DNA of 54,323 nt from Lobosporangium transversale (Eukaryota). The stretch lies in the NCBI RefSeq assembly GCF_002105155.1, contig NW_019029016.1:372001-426323 (forward strand), in the 5' to 3' direction. Position numbers and translations under genes: made by a program. Every line of letters begins with the position of its first letter. Positions within the stretch are counted from its first letter, which is position 1. A model generated the notes under the pieces. That model was given only the letters and a program-made list of their open reading frames with translations. It ran no database searches and was not told the origin of the DNA. Shown in pieces: positions 1 through 10,593 of this stretch.

Positions 1-428
1 GGGGCTGGCTAACAATATTTGCCCTTATATATATATGATGAGAATAAAATAATAGAGGGCTAAATAAATAAAATAAAAAACAAAATAAAAAACAAATAAA
101 ATAATCACTTCTTTACCCTCCCGTGGGACCAATAACCTGCTCCAGGCGTGAAGCGGAGGGAAGGTTTGTGCGAAGCTCAACACGCTCTGTTTTTTGAGGG
201 CAGAGCCGCCTATCATGCTTTTCACTGTTGCACAGACTACAGGTGCGGACCATGTCTTTATGAAATCTAGGTGCTGAGAGAAAAATTCAAATTGACAATA
301 TTGTAATTGTGTTGGGTGAAAAAGACAGAAAAGGCCTTTGGCAGCGCTGCCTACCTACTATATCCTCTACCACATTATCGATGGATAAGTTTTGACACTT
401 TTATTCTATTTCACCGCCAGAAATAAAA

Positions 429-466
429 ACTGGTCAAAATGAGAATGATTTTTCATTTTGACCAGT
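429..466. repeat. Perfect 14-bp inverted repeat (hairpin)
   Basis: ACTGGTCAAAATGA (429-442) and TCATTTTGACCAGT (453-466), with a 10-nt spacer. Confidence 0.85.
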
Positions 467-481
467 CTTTATGGATTCTCC

Positions 482-579
482 CAGTGCTCCTATTCGAACT
501 GAAATTTTGTCAATTATGATGTTTCAGTTTAAAAAAATAAATATCAAATGACAAAATTTTAGTTCGAATAGGAGCACTG
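482..579. mobile_element. 98-bp hAT-type MITE
   Basis: TIRs CAGTGCTCCTATTCGAACTGAAATTTTGTCA ... TGACAAAATTTTAGTTCGAATAGGAGCACTG. A perfect 8-bp TSD GATTCTCC lies at 474-481 and 580-587; 8-bp TSDs are typical of hAT. Confidence 0.88.
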
Positions 580-613
580 GATTCTCCTACAGAAAACAGA
601 GCTCTGGCGACGT

Positions 614-1228
614 TTATTGACGATCATTTATTTTTTCCGCCCTCCATAGCTTTATATTCAGAGGCTCTACATCAAACAACAGCTCCGCAAAACATCTGGG
701 GCAATTGATGGGTGCAGCTTCATAGTGCACATACGCTTCATTCATCTTCTCTGAAGATTGTGATTGATAAACTGGTGGCGGAGGAGTTGCGGGGGCTGGC
801 TGCTCCAGAGAAGGACAAATACACTTATATTGAGAAGAGCAGCCGATGTTCAAGCATTCCCTGCAGCCAATCTCAGCTGCAATCCCAGTTTTTCTTGCCT
901 TTCTTTCTTCAAGTTTTCTTTCCTCTTCACTCTCACTCTTTTTCTCTTCTTTCTCCTCTTGTTCGAGTAAAGCAAGCAGGGCGTATTCGTCGATGGAGCT
1001 GTAGAACTCATCATACAACCCTTCTTCAGTATCCTTTACTGCCTGTTGGCTTTGTATTAGTTCCTCTTCAGCGTCTACGGGTCGTTCTTTGATACGTTGC
1101 ACAGCCCGCTGAGCTCGTCGTGCTTGGATAATATGTTGTACACCCGATGGATTTGGTAAAGCTGTGGAACGTGTAGAACGTGTAGAGTTTGTGGAGCGTG
1201 CGGAGCGTGCGGAGCGTGTGGCAACCAT
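614..1228 (-). CDS. Helitron-associated hypothetical protein (acidic/charged helix plus CxxCxxxGCx5CxCP cysteine cluster)
   Basis: 204-aa ORF with an N-terminal (T/A)RS repeat from a 9-bp tandem unit at ~1165-1220. The segment YSSIDEYALLALLEQE...GCRECLNIGCSSQYKCICP aligns by eye with YDSIDECALFELLEQE...GCVVCMNTGCSSQSSCVCP upstream of the RepHel at 37693-37983. A degenerate Helitron-like 5' end lies near 1476. Confidence 0.6.
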   Translation of the reverse strand: MVATRSARSARSTNSTRSTRSTALPNPSGVQHIIQARRAQRAVQRIKERPVDAEEELIQSQQAVKDTEEGLYDEFYSSIDEYALLALLEQEEKEEKKSESEEERKLEERKARKTGIAAEIGCRECLNIGCSSQYKCICPSLEQPAPATPPPPVYQSQSSEKMNEAYVHYEAAPINCPRCFAELLFDVEPLNIKLWRAEKINDRQ

Positions 1229-2190
1229 TTCAAAAAAATCAAATTAAAAAATTTAGGTTCGGAGGTGGAGAGATTGAGGAAGCTAATTATCAAAGAAGCT
1301 TCATGATATATATACATGCTTTTTTTTTTTTTTTTTTTTTTTTTTTGTTTCATCGTTTATTTTTGTTTCTCTTTTGTTTATTTTTGTTTCATCGTATCCC
1401 ACCAGTCACTTCGTCTTTTTAAAGTCACCTTTTTTTGGCTGTCACATAATTTTTTGTAATATTTTAATATAAGAGACAAGTTCGGTTCAATTAGAATATA
1501 CCTAATCAGTCTTTTATGAACAACGATTCTAGTCCTATTTACGTTATGAACTTACTTGGATATCGGTCAGTTCTTGGAAGATAAAAATCAATACACCAAC
1601 CTTGACGAGTATTGTCGTCTTGACCCTCATAATTTTTTATCCAATATTGATCTCGGCTCTTAAGAACCATCCAATCTCCATGTCTAACTTCGTGGCATTC
1701 AACCTAATAATTACATGCTCATAAGTCATTTCGTTGTTTTTTAGTGTTTTAGTGGAAGATTTATTATTTAGTGCTGATGACTTACAAGGAAAGGGGGCTA
1801 TCACGCTGCATTCCATGTGCAGCATCTAAACAGAGGCCGTTATAAGTGTTTCTAAGCTTTCCAAATGTCACTAAGGTAGTGGCCGAGAAGGCAATCATAT
1901 AGGGTGAAACGAGCATTGTGAAAAATGGTATTGTTAATCGTATGATTTTTTTTTGAACCGCCTTTTTATATTTTTGCCCTCATTTCAGGGGTAAAAAAAC
2001 AAGAAAAGCTTGCCCAATAAAAAATGAAGAGGCGATGCTTGTTCAACAAAGAAATAAAGGGGCAATGCTTGTACAAACTGGGTAAAAAAAAAAAAAAAAA
2101 AAAGTCAAAGCGGCTGGCCTCATGGGACTAGATGTTTTTTGAGACATTGTAACTGTTCCAGTATTATCTCTATAAAAAATATTTATCTAA

Positions 2191-2333
2191 GGATAAAGTA
2201 GCTGGTTTGTGACAGCTGTGGTAGCAAGGCGTTCATAGCGACATTGCTTTTTTGATCTTTCGATGTCGTCTCTGTCTACAATAATGAGGCAAGGATTCAG
2301 CAAGTCTTGGATTGTTCACCCACTAAAAGGGAA
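2191..2333 (+). pseudogene. Degenerate fragment of eukaryotic LSU (25S/28S) rRNA, domain V
   Basis: GCGTTCATAGCGACATTGCTTTTTTGATCTTTCGATGTCG...TTGGATTGTTCACCCACTAAAAGGGAA matches conserved LSU peptidyl-transferase-region sequence with several substitutions. No flanking rDNA. Confidence 0.85.
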
Positions 2334-2374
2334 ATCAATCACAGACGACTTTTAGCAGATATTTTTTTTTGTTA

Positions 2375-3060
2375 CGAGCCGAAGACCATGGCGAAGCTAC
2401 AATCTGCTCAGAAAATTTAATGCTCTGTCCCGTGAGAAAATTACAAACAAAAATATGTAAACTGCAGCCTAGAGGGGAGCATCTGGCAAAAATATCATTG
2501 GATGGAGTAGGCGCAGAGCGGTGAGTTGAAAGCCGGTCTGTAGGGCTTGAGGATGAAGAAGTGATAGAACAACCGAAGGCCGGTTTGACTAGAATTTGGC
2601 GTCTGTAGAGCATGATTGGTGAAGAGTGGTCGTCAAGTGTTGTAGGCGCTTGGTTCTCTGGATGACTGTTAACCCGCATATCCTTGCTCAGCCTAAGTGT
2701 CATCACCAAAGGCTAAATATAAGATCTTTTCAATAAAGTACCCTCAATCTGACCCTGCGTCCCACGGACGACAACTGGAAGCACCCATCTCTAGTCGCCT
2801 CCAAATACAAATACTTTAGCACCGAATGCAGTGTCATGTCCCATAATATCTCGAAGCAACCTGTCGACAGCCTCAAAATAATGCTTATGCTGCAAAGGAG
2901 CCTCACCCCAGAAGACGACACCAGCGTTTTGTATTCTTACCGCAGCGTCTCGTCACATACCGAGATCACAGGTGGAACGACAGTCAACTAGAATTGGTAC
3001 CTTGAACATTAAGTGAGCTGTATGGCCGTTATGAAGGTTGAGAGAGGCGATCTCTGATGG
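2375..3060 (-). mobile_element. Helitron 3' remnant (decayed Pif1 helicase plus 3' terminus)
   Basis: Pieces such as TLRLSKDMRVNSHPENQA and RRQILVKPAF match the helicase at 33134-35173. The terminal hairpin plus CTCG|T at 2375 matches the end at 32850. Confidence 0.8.
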
Positions 3061-3449
3061 TGCAACGGGCTTATCTCTTCGCTATTCCAGTTATCCGTTA
3101 CATTTTAGCATATTCTATTTGGCCCTTATTCTGTTTTTGATTGGTAATCAGATTCAATTGATGTATTTGATAGCAGAATACAAGGGTGACAAAGGTTGAC
3201 TCGATATCAGGTCAGCGTATTGCCATTCCAAGTCCTTTAAGATGTATGGACCCTAGGACGCGTCTTTTGCTGCAGACATATGTTGAGATAATAGAGGTGA
3301 CAGCAACTGCAAAGATTACGGGATAGAAGTCTCGTAACAGATAAGCAAGCAAAGATATAAATGGAATAAAAAGTAATAAAAAACGAATGTAAATTTCCCT
3401 TATATGATCAAGACCTACCTGGATAAAAAGCATGGCTTCATCATTACTA

Positions 3450-4047
3450 TCTCTTATATTTGGCCTTCGATGACGACACTCAGACTGAGCAAGGATATGC
3501 GGGTTAACAGTCATCCGGAGAACCAAGCGCCTACAATGGTTGACGACCACTCTTCACCTATCATGCTCTACAGATGCCAAATTTCAGTCAAGCCAGTCTT
3601 TGCCATGACTATCAGCAAGTCTCAAGGACAGACACATAAGTACGTCGATGTTTATCTTCCTCAAGATGTCATCAGCCACGGCCATCCCTATGTTGGTTTA
3701 TCGCGATGTACAAACCCAAACAACCTTAGGGAACAGGTCGGAGACGGCAAGGTAGAATGCAAGTCTGAGATATACACACGGAGCATTATCTTCAAGGATG
3801 CTTTATGGTACAATGCCTTTTGGTCTTTGGTTATTTTGTCGCTTTTTTATCCTTAAGTCATTCAGACTGACTTCCAACTTGTCTCTCTGTGGTTACTCCA
3901 TCCAATGATATTTTGCCAGATGCTCCCTCTCTAGGCTGCAGTTTACATACTTTGTATTTTATTTTTTGTATTTTTCTCACGAGACAAAGCATTAAATTTT
4001 CTGACGACATAAGAGCAGATTGTAGTTTCTCCACGGTCTCCAGCTCA
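3450..4047 (+). mobile_element. Helitron 3' remnant, inverted relative to 2375-3060
   Basis: Pif1 C-terminal motifs FAMTISKSQGQT and HGHPYVGLSR. It carries the same ENQA-PT internal deletion junction as the 2375 copy and ends in hairpin plus CTCA|T at 4047. Confidence 0.8.
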
Positions 4048-4071
4048 TTAAATGTAAAAGTGTGCAGGGGG

Positions 4072-5842
4072 CTAATTTCTTAAGTTAAGTTGTTGCCTTT
4101 TGTTTGGGGTGTTGAGGGCTGGATCTTCATACTGTCTTTTTCCTGTATAGGCTTGCTCATTCTCTATTCTCTCTTCTGAGTCCCTAGCGTAATACCAAAC
4201 TTGACAAATACTGATAGAACTCCTTTCTTTTTTGGAGATAACCGAAGGGAGAATGCTTGACTTGGAAAGATTATGTAGCACCTGCCCTTTAAGGACACCA
4301 TCATAGTAGTATCCATAAGACGTCTCTCTATTAAATACGGAACACGAGAAGTGTCTCAACGTTTTCGAATCATCTGCAAAGAAAATTACTCCAAGGTCAT
4401 AATTAGCTCCATTGATGCTTAGAGTTTGTGCAGGGCGTTTAAGCTTGGGAAAAGAATGAGAATTTCCTAAAACCAGCAAGCACGGAGGTTTTTTTATAAC
4501 GCTCTTCTCCGTCCTTTTTCCATTGCAGCAGAACCAGTTTCGAGTCTCACCCGTCTCAATGTCGTGAATGGATTGGTGTAGAAAAGGATTCGAACAATAT
4601 TTTTTTATAGATTTTTCAGGGATGGATTGGTCGCAAGTATAGCTGTCCTTTTTTAAGCTCTCATCAAATGTTTGTTGAGAAATAGTTGTTGGGTCTTGGA
4701 TCATGAAGATAGGATGTACACTGGATTCTGATTTCGTTTTTTGAGGACAATGAATCGAAGAGCAAGTTGAAGTTGTCGTGATATGAGTGGAGGTGAGTTC
4801 TGGGAATTGCTCAATGAATGTTTTATCAAGGGTGGCTATCCAATTATTAGTCACTTTGCTTTCGCAAGGACCGATGTTCAATGATGAGTACCAAATTATC
4901 CGCGCAAGGTTATATTGCTCTTTCCCAATTAATCCCATAACGGTATCAAGAACCTGACGATTTCTAAAATGAGAAGGAATACGGACGCCATTGCAGTGAT
5001 GAAGTAAGTACCATGCCATCAATGTTGTATCGACGGCGCAAGTCTTTGTCGCTTTGTATGTTGAAGCTATTCCCCAAGGAATGCCGAATGTTTCCGTGTC
5101 AATCTCAGGGCGCACTATCTGGTGATTAGACACTGATAGATCTGTCCGTAAGTTGATTTGTTTAGGTGAAGAGTCCATGTTACTTGCGGCTTTATATTTG
5201 ATAGGAATATCATGATTGTGATTTCCTTTATGTTTGTATATTATCTGACCATTAACAAGCGATGAATGCAATCTCGCCTTGCATACAATATGATTCATCA
5301 ATGATGATTTGTGATGCTGGCAATATAGTTGTTCATCTGGTTTTGTTTTAGCTTTGGGTGTTGCTCTATAGTCGCATCCTGGTTCCCTACATTTGAAATC
5401 GCCTTTGCAAGAATAATAGGTCGCACCATTTTGACCATGAGAGATTCGAGGCATTATCCAGCCTATTTTGTCGTTAGAGGGAATCGTAAAATTGTCGATA
5501 TCTCCGTTTGGGAAGTGATGCTACATAGTAGTAAGTATGCGTCAAGGTTAGCTTTAAAGAAAGAAGAAAAAGAAAAAAAAAAAAAAAAAAAAAAGGAAAT
5601 AAAATTCGATGACAAACCTGATTGCCATTAATATCAACTGGGGCTATTTGTTCGCATTCCAGAGAATCGGTGATTATAGAATCATTTGGGTCTACATTTA
5701 ATAATTCGGGTTGCTTTGGTTCATGCTCGTGAATTATTGAGTCTTGGGAGGTTGTCTTCAGTGAATTCAGTAATGATTTTAACTCAGCAAGTTGTCCATT
5801 TGTTACGCCTTTCAAAATGAATGTAAATGTGACGTTTGACAT
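4072..5842 (-). CDS. Predicted 557-aa two-exon protein: GCM-like (WRKY/GCM1) zinc DNA-binding domain plus USP/papain-like cysteine protease domain
   Basis: Exons 5842-5618 and 5520-4072, with a phase-0 GT-AG intron carrying a poly-T tract and a CTAAC branch site. GCM-like pattern FPNGD..GWIM..C.G...C....C..R..P..C..C..YKHKGNHNH. Protease-like Cys box PWG...TCAVD and His box HFSC...YYYDG. Confidence 0.65.
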
Positions 5843-5861
5843 TGTGTGTAACAAGAGGGAT

Positions 5862-5937
5862 GGGTGTAAAAAGAGGCGTAGGTGTAAAAAGAGGCGTAGG
5901 TGCAAAAAGAGGCGTAGGTGCAAAAGGAGGCGTAGGT
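5862..5937. repeat. 18-bp tandem repeat, about 4 copies
   Basis: Unit AAAAAGAGGCGTAGGTG(T/C), immediately upstream of the ATG at 5842. Confidence 0.85.
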
Positions 5938-6516
5938 GATAGAGCCCTTAAGCGATTCATTTACAATTTGTTTAGCAGAACTGTGACTGCTATGTAGGTA
6001 CCAATTGTCCTTTCTTCTCCACATAGTCCCAGCATCCACTCGGGGGCCTCTATGACATCATTTGATGATGTTGAAGGGCATTGTTTTTATCCAGTATTTA
6101 TAGGTTGCTGTAATATAGTCGTGGTAATATTCGTCACCGTAGTAACGACTTGAAAGGAGGACAATCTGGGTTGATCCATTCTACCGCGCTATGGAGCCTG
6201 ACTAGGTTGATCTTTTCCTGTACAACTTGACGAAGCTTGTTTTGTCGCATCCGTTGCTTCTCCACCTTCTTGCATTCTCTTGAAGGACCTGGGTTGATAG
6301 TCTCTCCTAATAGAGGTTATTGGTCTGTTGAAGTTAGGAACCACTCCAACGTGTCACGCTCATGGTGATACGTTGGAGTGAGTGGTGAAATGCCTGTGTT
6401 TGATTCAGGTGTTGTAGATGTAGATGGCGAAAGAATGCGTTGGGAGGATGTGAGCAGTAATGTGAGGAGTTCAATAGGAGGAATATAAAACTTTTTTATA
6501 GATGCATTAATCATTA

Positions 6517-7756
6517 CAGGAAAACAGGCAAGCTCAATTCCAAGAAGCCTCTAGTGGTTCCAAAATTGTCAGAGAGGCGCTGCAAGTACTTAGAGGCTTC
6601 TTTAGACGAAAATCCTCTTTCGACACTCAAGGAAGTCCACAAGGCTCTCCACGACGAATTCCCTGAAGTCAAAGTGTCTCTTGCTATAGTCTTCAGTTAT
6701 GTCACAAATATGTGTGATACACACACTCAAGCGGGTTCGAAAGACCTCAGGTAAACGAAATGATCTCGCGGTACTTACAGGGGGAGAGAGTTTTGCCGAG
6801 GAGATGCAGAGCCCAGTGAACTGCGAAAAGTTTGAGAAAAAGATCATTGATGAGACAGGGTTTAACCTGTATTTGATCCGAAAATATGGATCTCGTAAGG
6901 GAAGGCCTGCCAACGTTATGCGTCCTACCGTGCGTGATAGAAATGTTAGCGTTGTAGGTGCAATCTTATCAACTGGGATCATCTGTATGTCAGCAACTAC
7001 AGTGGATCCTGATGCCGATGAAGAGTTAATGACAGAGGAGGATCAAGACAAGGTCCCGAACAACAACGGTCATAATCGTAGTAGGAGTACAGCACGCTCT
7101 CCGCAGATATCCGAGGATGGTGTAGCTGGTTGCTCAACAAGTGGAGTCTATTTTAGGGACCTCATTTGTGAGGTTCTTGAAATATTAGAGACTAAAGGAT
7201 TTATGGATATAATTTTCTAATGGACAATGCGCATATTCACAAGTCTCCACTGGTCAGAGAAGCAGGCCATTTTTGTGAATATCTCCCTCCTTACTCATCA
7301 TTCCAATCAAATAATGCTAGTCGAAGGTCAAGAACAGCTCTAAGTGAAACCGTCTTGAAGCGAGTGAAACTATGCACTTTAGGTTTCAAGGTACATTCAG
7401 GTTCGGTATCCCGAAAGGATTGTCAAGGCTTGATTAGTCATGCAATTACCTTCTTTCTAAAGTGTCTCAACAAAGAGATTATTTTATAGATCTATAAGAG
7501 TAGAGTGGAGAAGGAACAAACGCTAATGAATAGGATAGTATATATCAAGTTACTCAAATTGGTCATCTAGCTAGCTAATAAAGACACAATGTTTGGATAA
7601 TTGTGATAATCAATTCGATAACAATCAACATATTCGGATAACTTATAGGGTAATTTTATTAGCTTAGATTGGATAAAGCGTATCTCCCCTCGGAGCAATC
7701 CAAATGGAAAATGGAAAAAACGTTTTTTAAAATGGATAAAACAATTAAAAGCACTA
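6517..7756 (+). mobile_element. 5'-truncated, frameshifted IS630/Tc1-like transposon (paralog of 16475-24021)
   Basis: IIDETGFN, MDNAHIH and LPPYS motifs split across frames. Degenerate right TIR GGATAAAACAATTAAAAGCAC at ~7734-7754. Confidence 0.85.
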
Positions 7757-7958
7757 TAAGTTAGAACTAATAGTTTTGAATCAAAGCATGTCAATAAACC
7801 ACTATGTACTGTATGTGTTTGGTTTATGCAAACTTTGAAGAATAATCTCTAAAAAAGTTTTGTATTTTATTTTTGATTCGAGGGTTAAAAGATACAGCAA
7901 TCAGGCTAGGGAACACATGATCTATAGCTAGATAACTCCAACAATCAGGTACACTCTC

Positions 7959-8798
7959 CTACTTAACTTCCGCATACTTCTCCAGACTATCATGTAAACG
8001 TCCAAAGATACCTCCATGCCAGCCTCTCGCCTCCTCCCACTCATCCTCTGGGAGAGTGACGCGCATCATGCGTAGCCACCCGCCAACGATTAGATCAGCA
8101 TAACTGGCTTGCTCACCTAATATGAAAGGCCCAGTGGTGTCCTTCAAAAATAACTTGCTAAGGTCACCCAGCATGAGATGGAAAGACTCCTTTATCTTCT
8201 CTCTTTTTTCCCCCTTAACCTCGAAATCGTCCCAAGATTTTACGCCAGCGCGCCGAATGAATTCGGCCCTGCTAGCTTCAGCAGTGGCTGGTTCAAAGGG
8301 GAGGTTGTATGCCATAAGAGAAAGATGAGCGGTGAATGCCGCATCGACATTTGTATTGAATCGGGAATACTCGTCATGTTCGTCCCCTTTCCGCTCTGAC
8401 AGTGGCACAAGTAGTGCATCATCGAGGTTGTAGACAAAATCGAGTTTTTGAGGGGGAAACAAATTGCCAGAGCCTGAATTGGGGTACTCGGTTTGCAAAT
8501 AGACGGCAATGTCGAAGGAGTCTCCAATTTTGGTGTTTGTATTGCGATCAACCAGAATGGGAAGTGTATAGAATTTTGTGCCATCGCCAAAATTGCGACA
8601 GGCGTCCACACCGAGATCGGAACGAACTTGAGCAATGTCTGGAAGAGGAACCCATGTGGTAGAATAAGCAATATTTTTAAAGTTAAGCGCCAATCGGGAC
8701 TTCCAGGGGTTCACTGCACAGCAGGTAGAAGCAATTGGCGGGCGCATAGCAATATCGTAGAAGACCATGTCTTCGGAGGGCTTGGATGGTGTTGCCAT
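7959..8798 (-). CDS. Glutathione S-transferase, fungal etherase-like/GSTFuA (UstS-like) class
   Basis: Intronless 279 aa. N-terminal thioredoxin-like motifs FYDI..CCAVNPWKSRLALNFK, YTLPIL and GDSFDIA.YL; C-terminal GPFILG...SYAD. Confidence 0.88.
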   Translation of the reverse strand: MATPSKPSEDMVFYDIAMRPPIASTCCAVNPWKSRLALNFKNIAYSTTWVPLPDIAQVRSDLGVDACRNFGDGTKFYTLPILVDRNTNTKIGDSFDIAVYLQTEYPNSGSGNLFPPQKLDFVYNLDDALLVPLSERKGDEHDEYSRFNTNVDAAFTAHLSLMAYNLPFEPATAEASRAEFIRRAGVKSWDDFEVKGEKREKIKESFHLMLGDLSKLFLKDTTGPFILGEQASYADLIVGGWLRMMRVTLPEDEWEEARGWHGGIFGRLHDSLEKYAEVK

Positions 8799-8844
8799 GG
8801 TAGATGGTGAGATGGTGATGAGAAGAGAAAATGCGCAGTTTTGG

Positions 8845-9163
8845 GCTAATGAATGAGCTTTTTAAATATGCAGAATAAGTCACGTGTCAGATTTTGTACT
8901 ACTTCGCTAATGAGAGTTCCCAGGAAGCTTCTTAGTACATTCCAATGCAGTTATACCGTCATTGCTAGATTTCCCTCCAACAGTTTACGTACAAATCTGT
9001 ACGATATCTTTATTTTCTTAAGCCACACCCCAATACCCAGAAAGAGGGTGAAAACTACATGAACTGGAGCACTTAGATCAACTCACATATTAGTAAATTT
9101 CAAACTTCATTCGCTAATGAATGCTCCATCACTAATGACAATGAATGTGGCTCGTGCTAATGA
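8845..9163 (-). promoter_or_regulatory. Candidate GST upstream regulatory cluster
   Basis: GCTAATGA at 8845, 8906, 9113 and 9156, ACTAATGA at 9131, and a Yap1/AP-1-like TTAGTAA at 9090. Confidence 0.35.
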
Positions 9164-10028
9164 GAGGGAAATGAAGGGTGGTGTCTTTGGTATTTCTTTT
9201 TCTTTTCCACGTCGCCGCAGAATATAAGGCGACGATATTGAAGAAGAGGGAGAAGACAACAAGGACATCTCAATGCTGTACTGAAGTCACCAACAAGCGA
9301 AGAAGAATCCAACTTGCTCTGCCCACACCCCCCGAATTCAGTCCGATGTCAAGACGATATCATAAATCTTACAAATGCTTGCCTCTTGAGTTGTTGGATA
9401 CCTTAATCGTTAGCTCCTATAAGGCTCCACTCACACGCCTGGAAGTTCTGACATAAGCTTATCTGGAGTCTTATTAATTCCATTCGTGAGACCACCAAAA
9501 CTCGACGCTCAAGTGTTAAGAAGACGCATCGTCAAAGAGTAACTAAACACTCCAAGTTACCTGAATACCGCTTCGAGGATAATGGCCATTGGCCTGAAAT
9601 GAGAGAGGAGCTTGCAGCATGTGTATAGTGTTCCTAGACTCCACGCCAAGAAGTAAAAGATAGTAGGGCTCCATCACACGGCACCGCCAACAAAACTCAA
9701 ACATGGTGTGAAAAGTGCAATGTCCCTCTTTGTTTAGCAGCAAACGAAGGAGATTCTGCAGCTAAAGTGGGCGAACTATGCATGGGTCGTAAAAAGCAAC
9801 GTGAAATAGAAAATAAATAAAACCTTTATTGAGTAGTCTAATAAACATTTTTTTTTTTTTTTTTTTTTTTTGCATTTTCAATTATATATCATCGGCACCG
9901 CAGATTCTATATAGTCATCAATAAAAAAAAGTGAAAGCTATGTGTGGCTTCATTCATAGCTGTATCCAGCGTCTTCCTTTCTCATCCCATTTTGCCCTCT
10001 ATTACTGCGAGCCTGCACTGCATAAAGG

Positions 10029-10553
10029 TTAAGCTTTTGATAGGACAGGTGAGTTGTTTCGTGCAGCTCGTTTCTTCCTGTACCAGACAAAGCCGGCAGC
10101 TCCGATAACAAGCAAGACTGCACAAACGACCCCAATGATGACACCCGAGTTGCTCGACTTTGAATCACCGGTAGCACTTGGTGCGTTGGGAGCAAGGTTA
10201 TCGAAGGAGGTGTCTGGGATCCGGATGGGCTTTGCATCATACACCTTTCCTGCGTTGGGTCCACTGAGTGGGATACTGAACAATTTATAATCTTGGGCCA
10301 TGAGCACAAATGGGACAGGGCCAGGCATTGTTACAAAGGTAAAGCCTATACCGGGTTGTACTTTTGATTCAGGGACAGCACTAAAGTTTGATCCATCAAA
10401 GAGGACCACATTTTCCTATGGAAAGAAATGGAAAAAAATGAAGAAAAAAAAAAAAAAAAAAAAAGATGAATATGGTACCGCGTCAGTAATAATATCTCGC
10501 AAAAAAATAAATATAAAAAACATTTTTTATCCTGTTCTTTCTACGGTCGAGTG

Positions 10554-10593
<40 letters not shown>

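Noticed and set aside
5862..5937. ORFs 5474-5923 and 5812-6039 with HLRLFL or TYASF repeats
   Set aside because: These are translations of an 18-bp tandem repeat; the plausible start is ATG 5842.
5940..6514. Decayed minus-strand coding-like segment upstream of the GCM-like gene
   Set aside because: Multiple stops and no motif I can assign with confidence.
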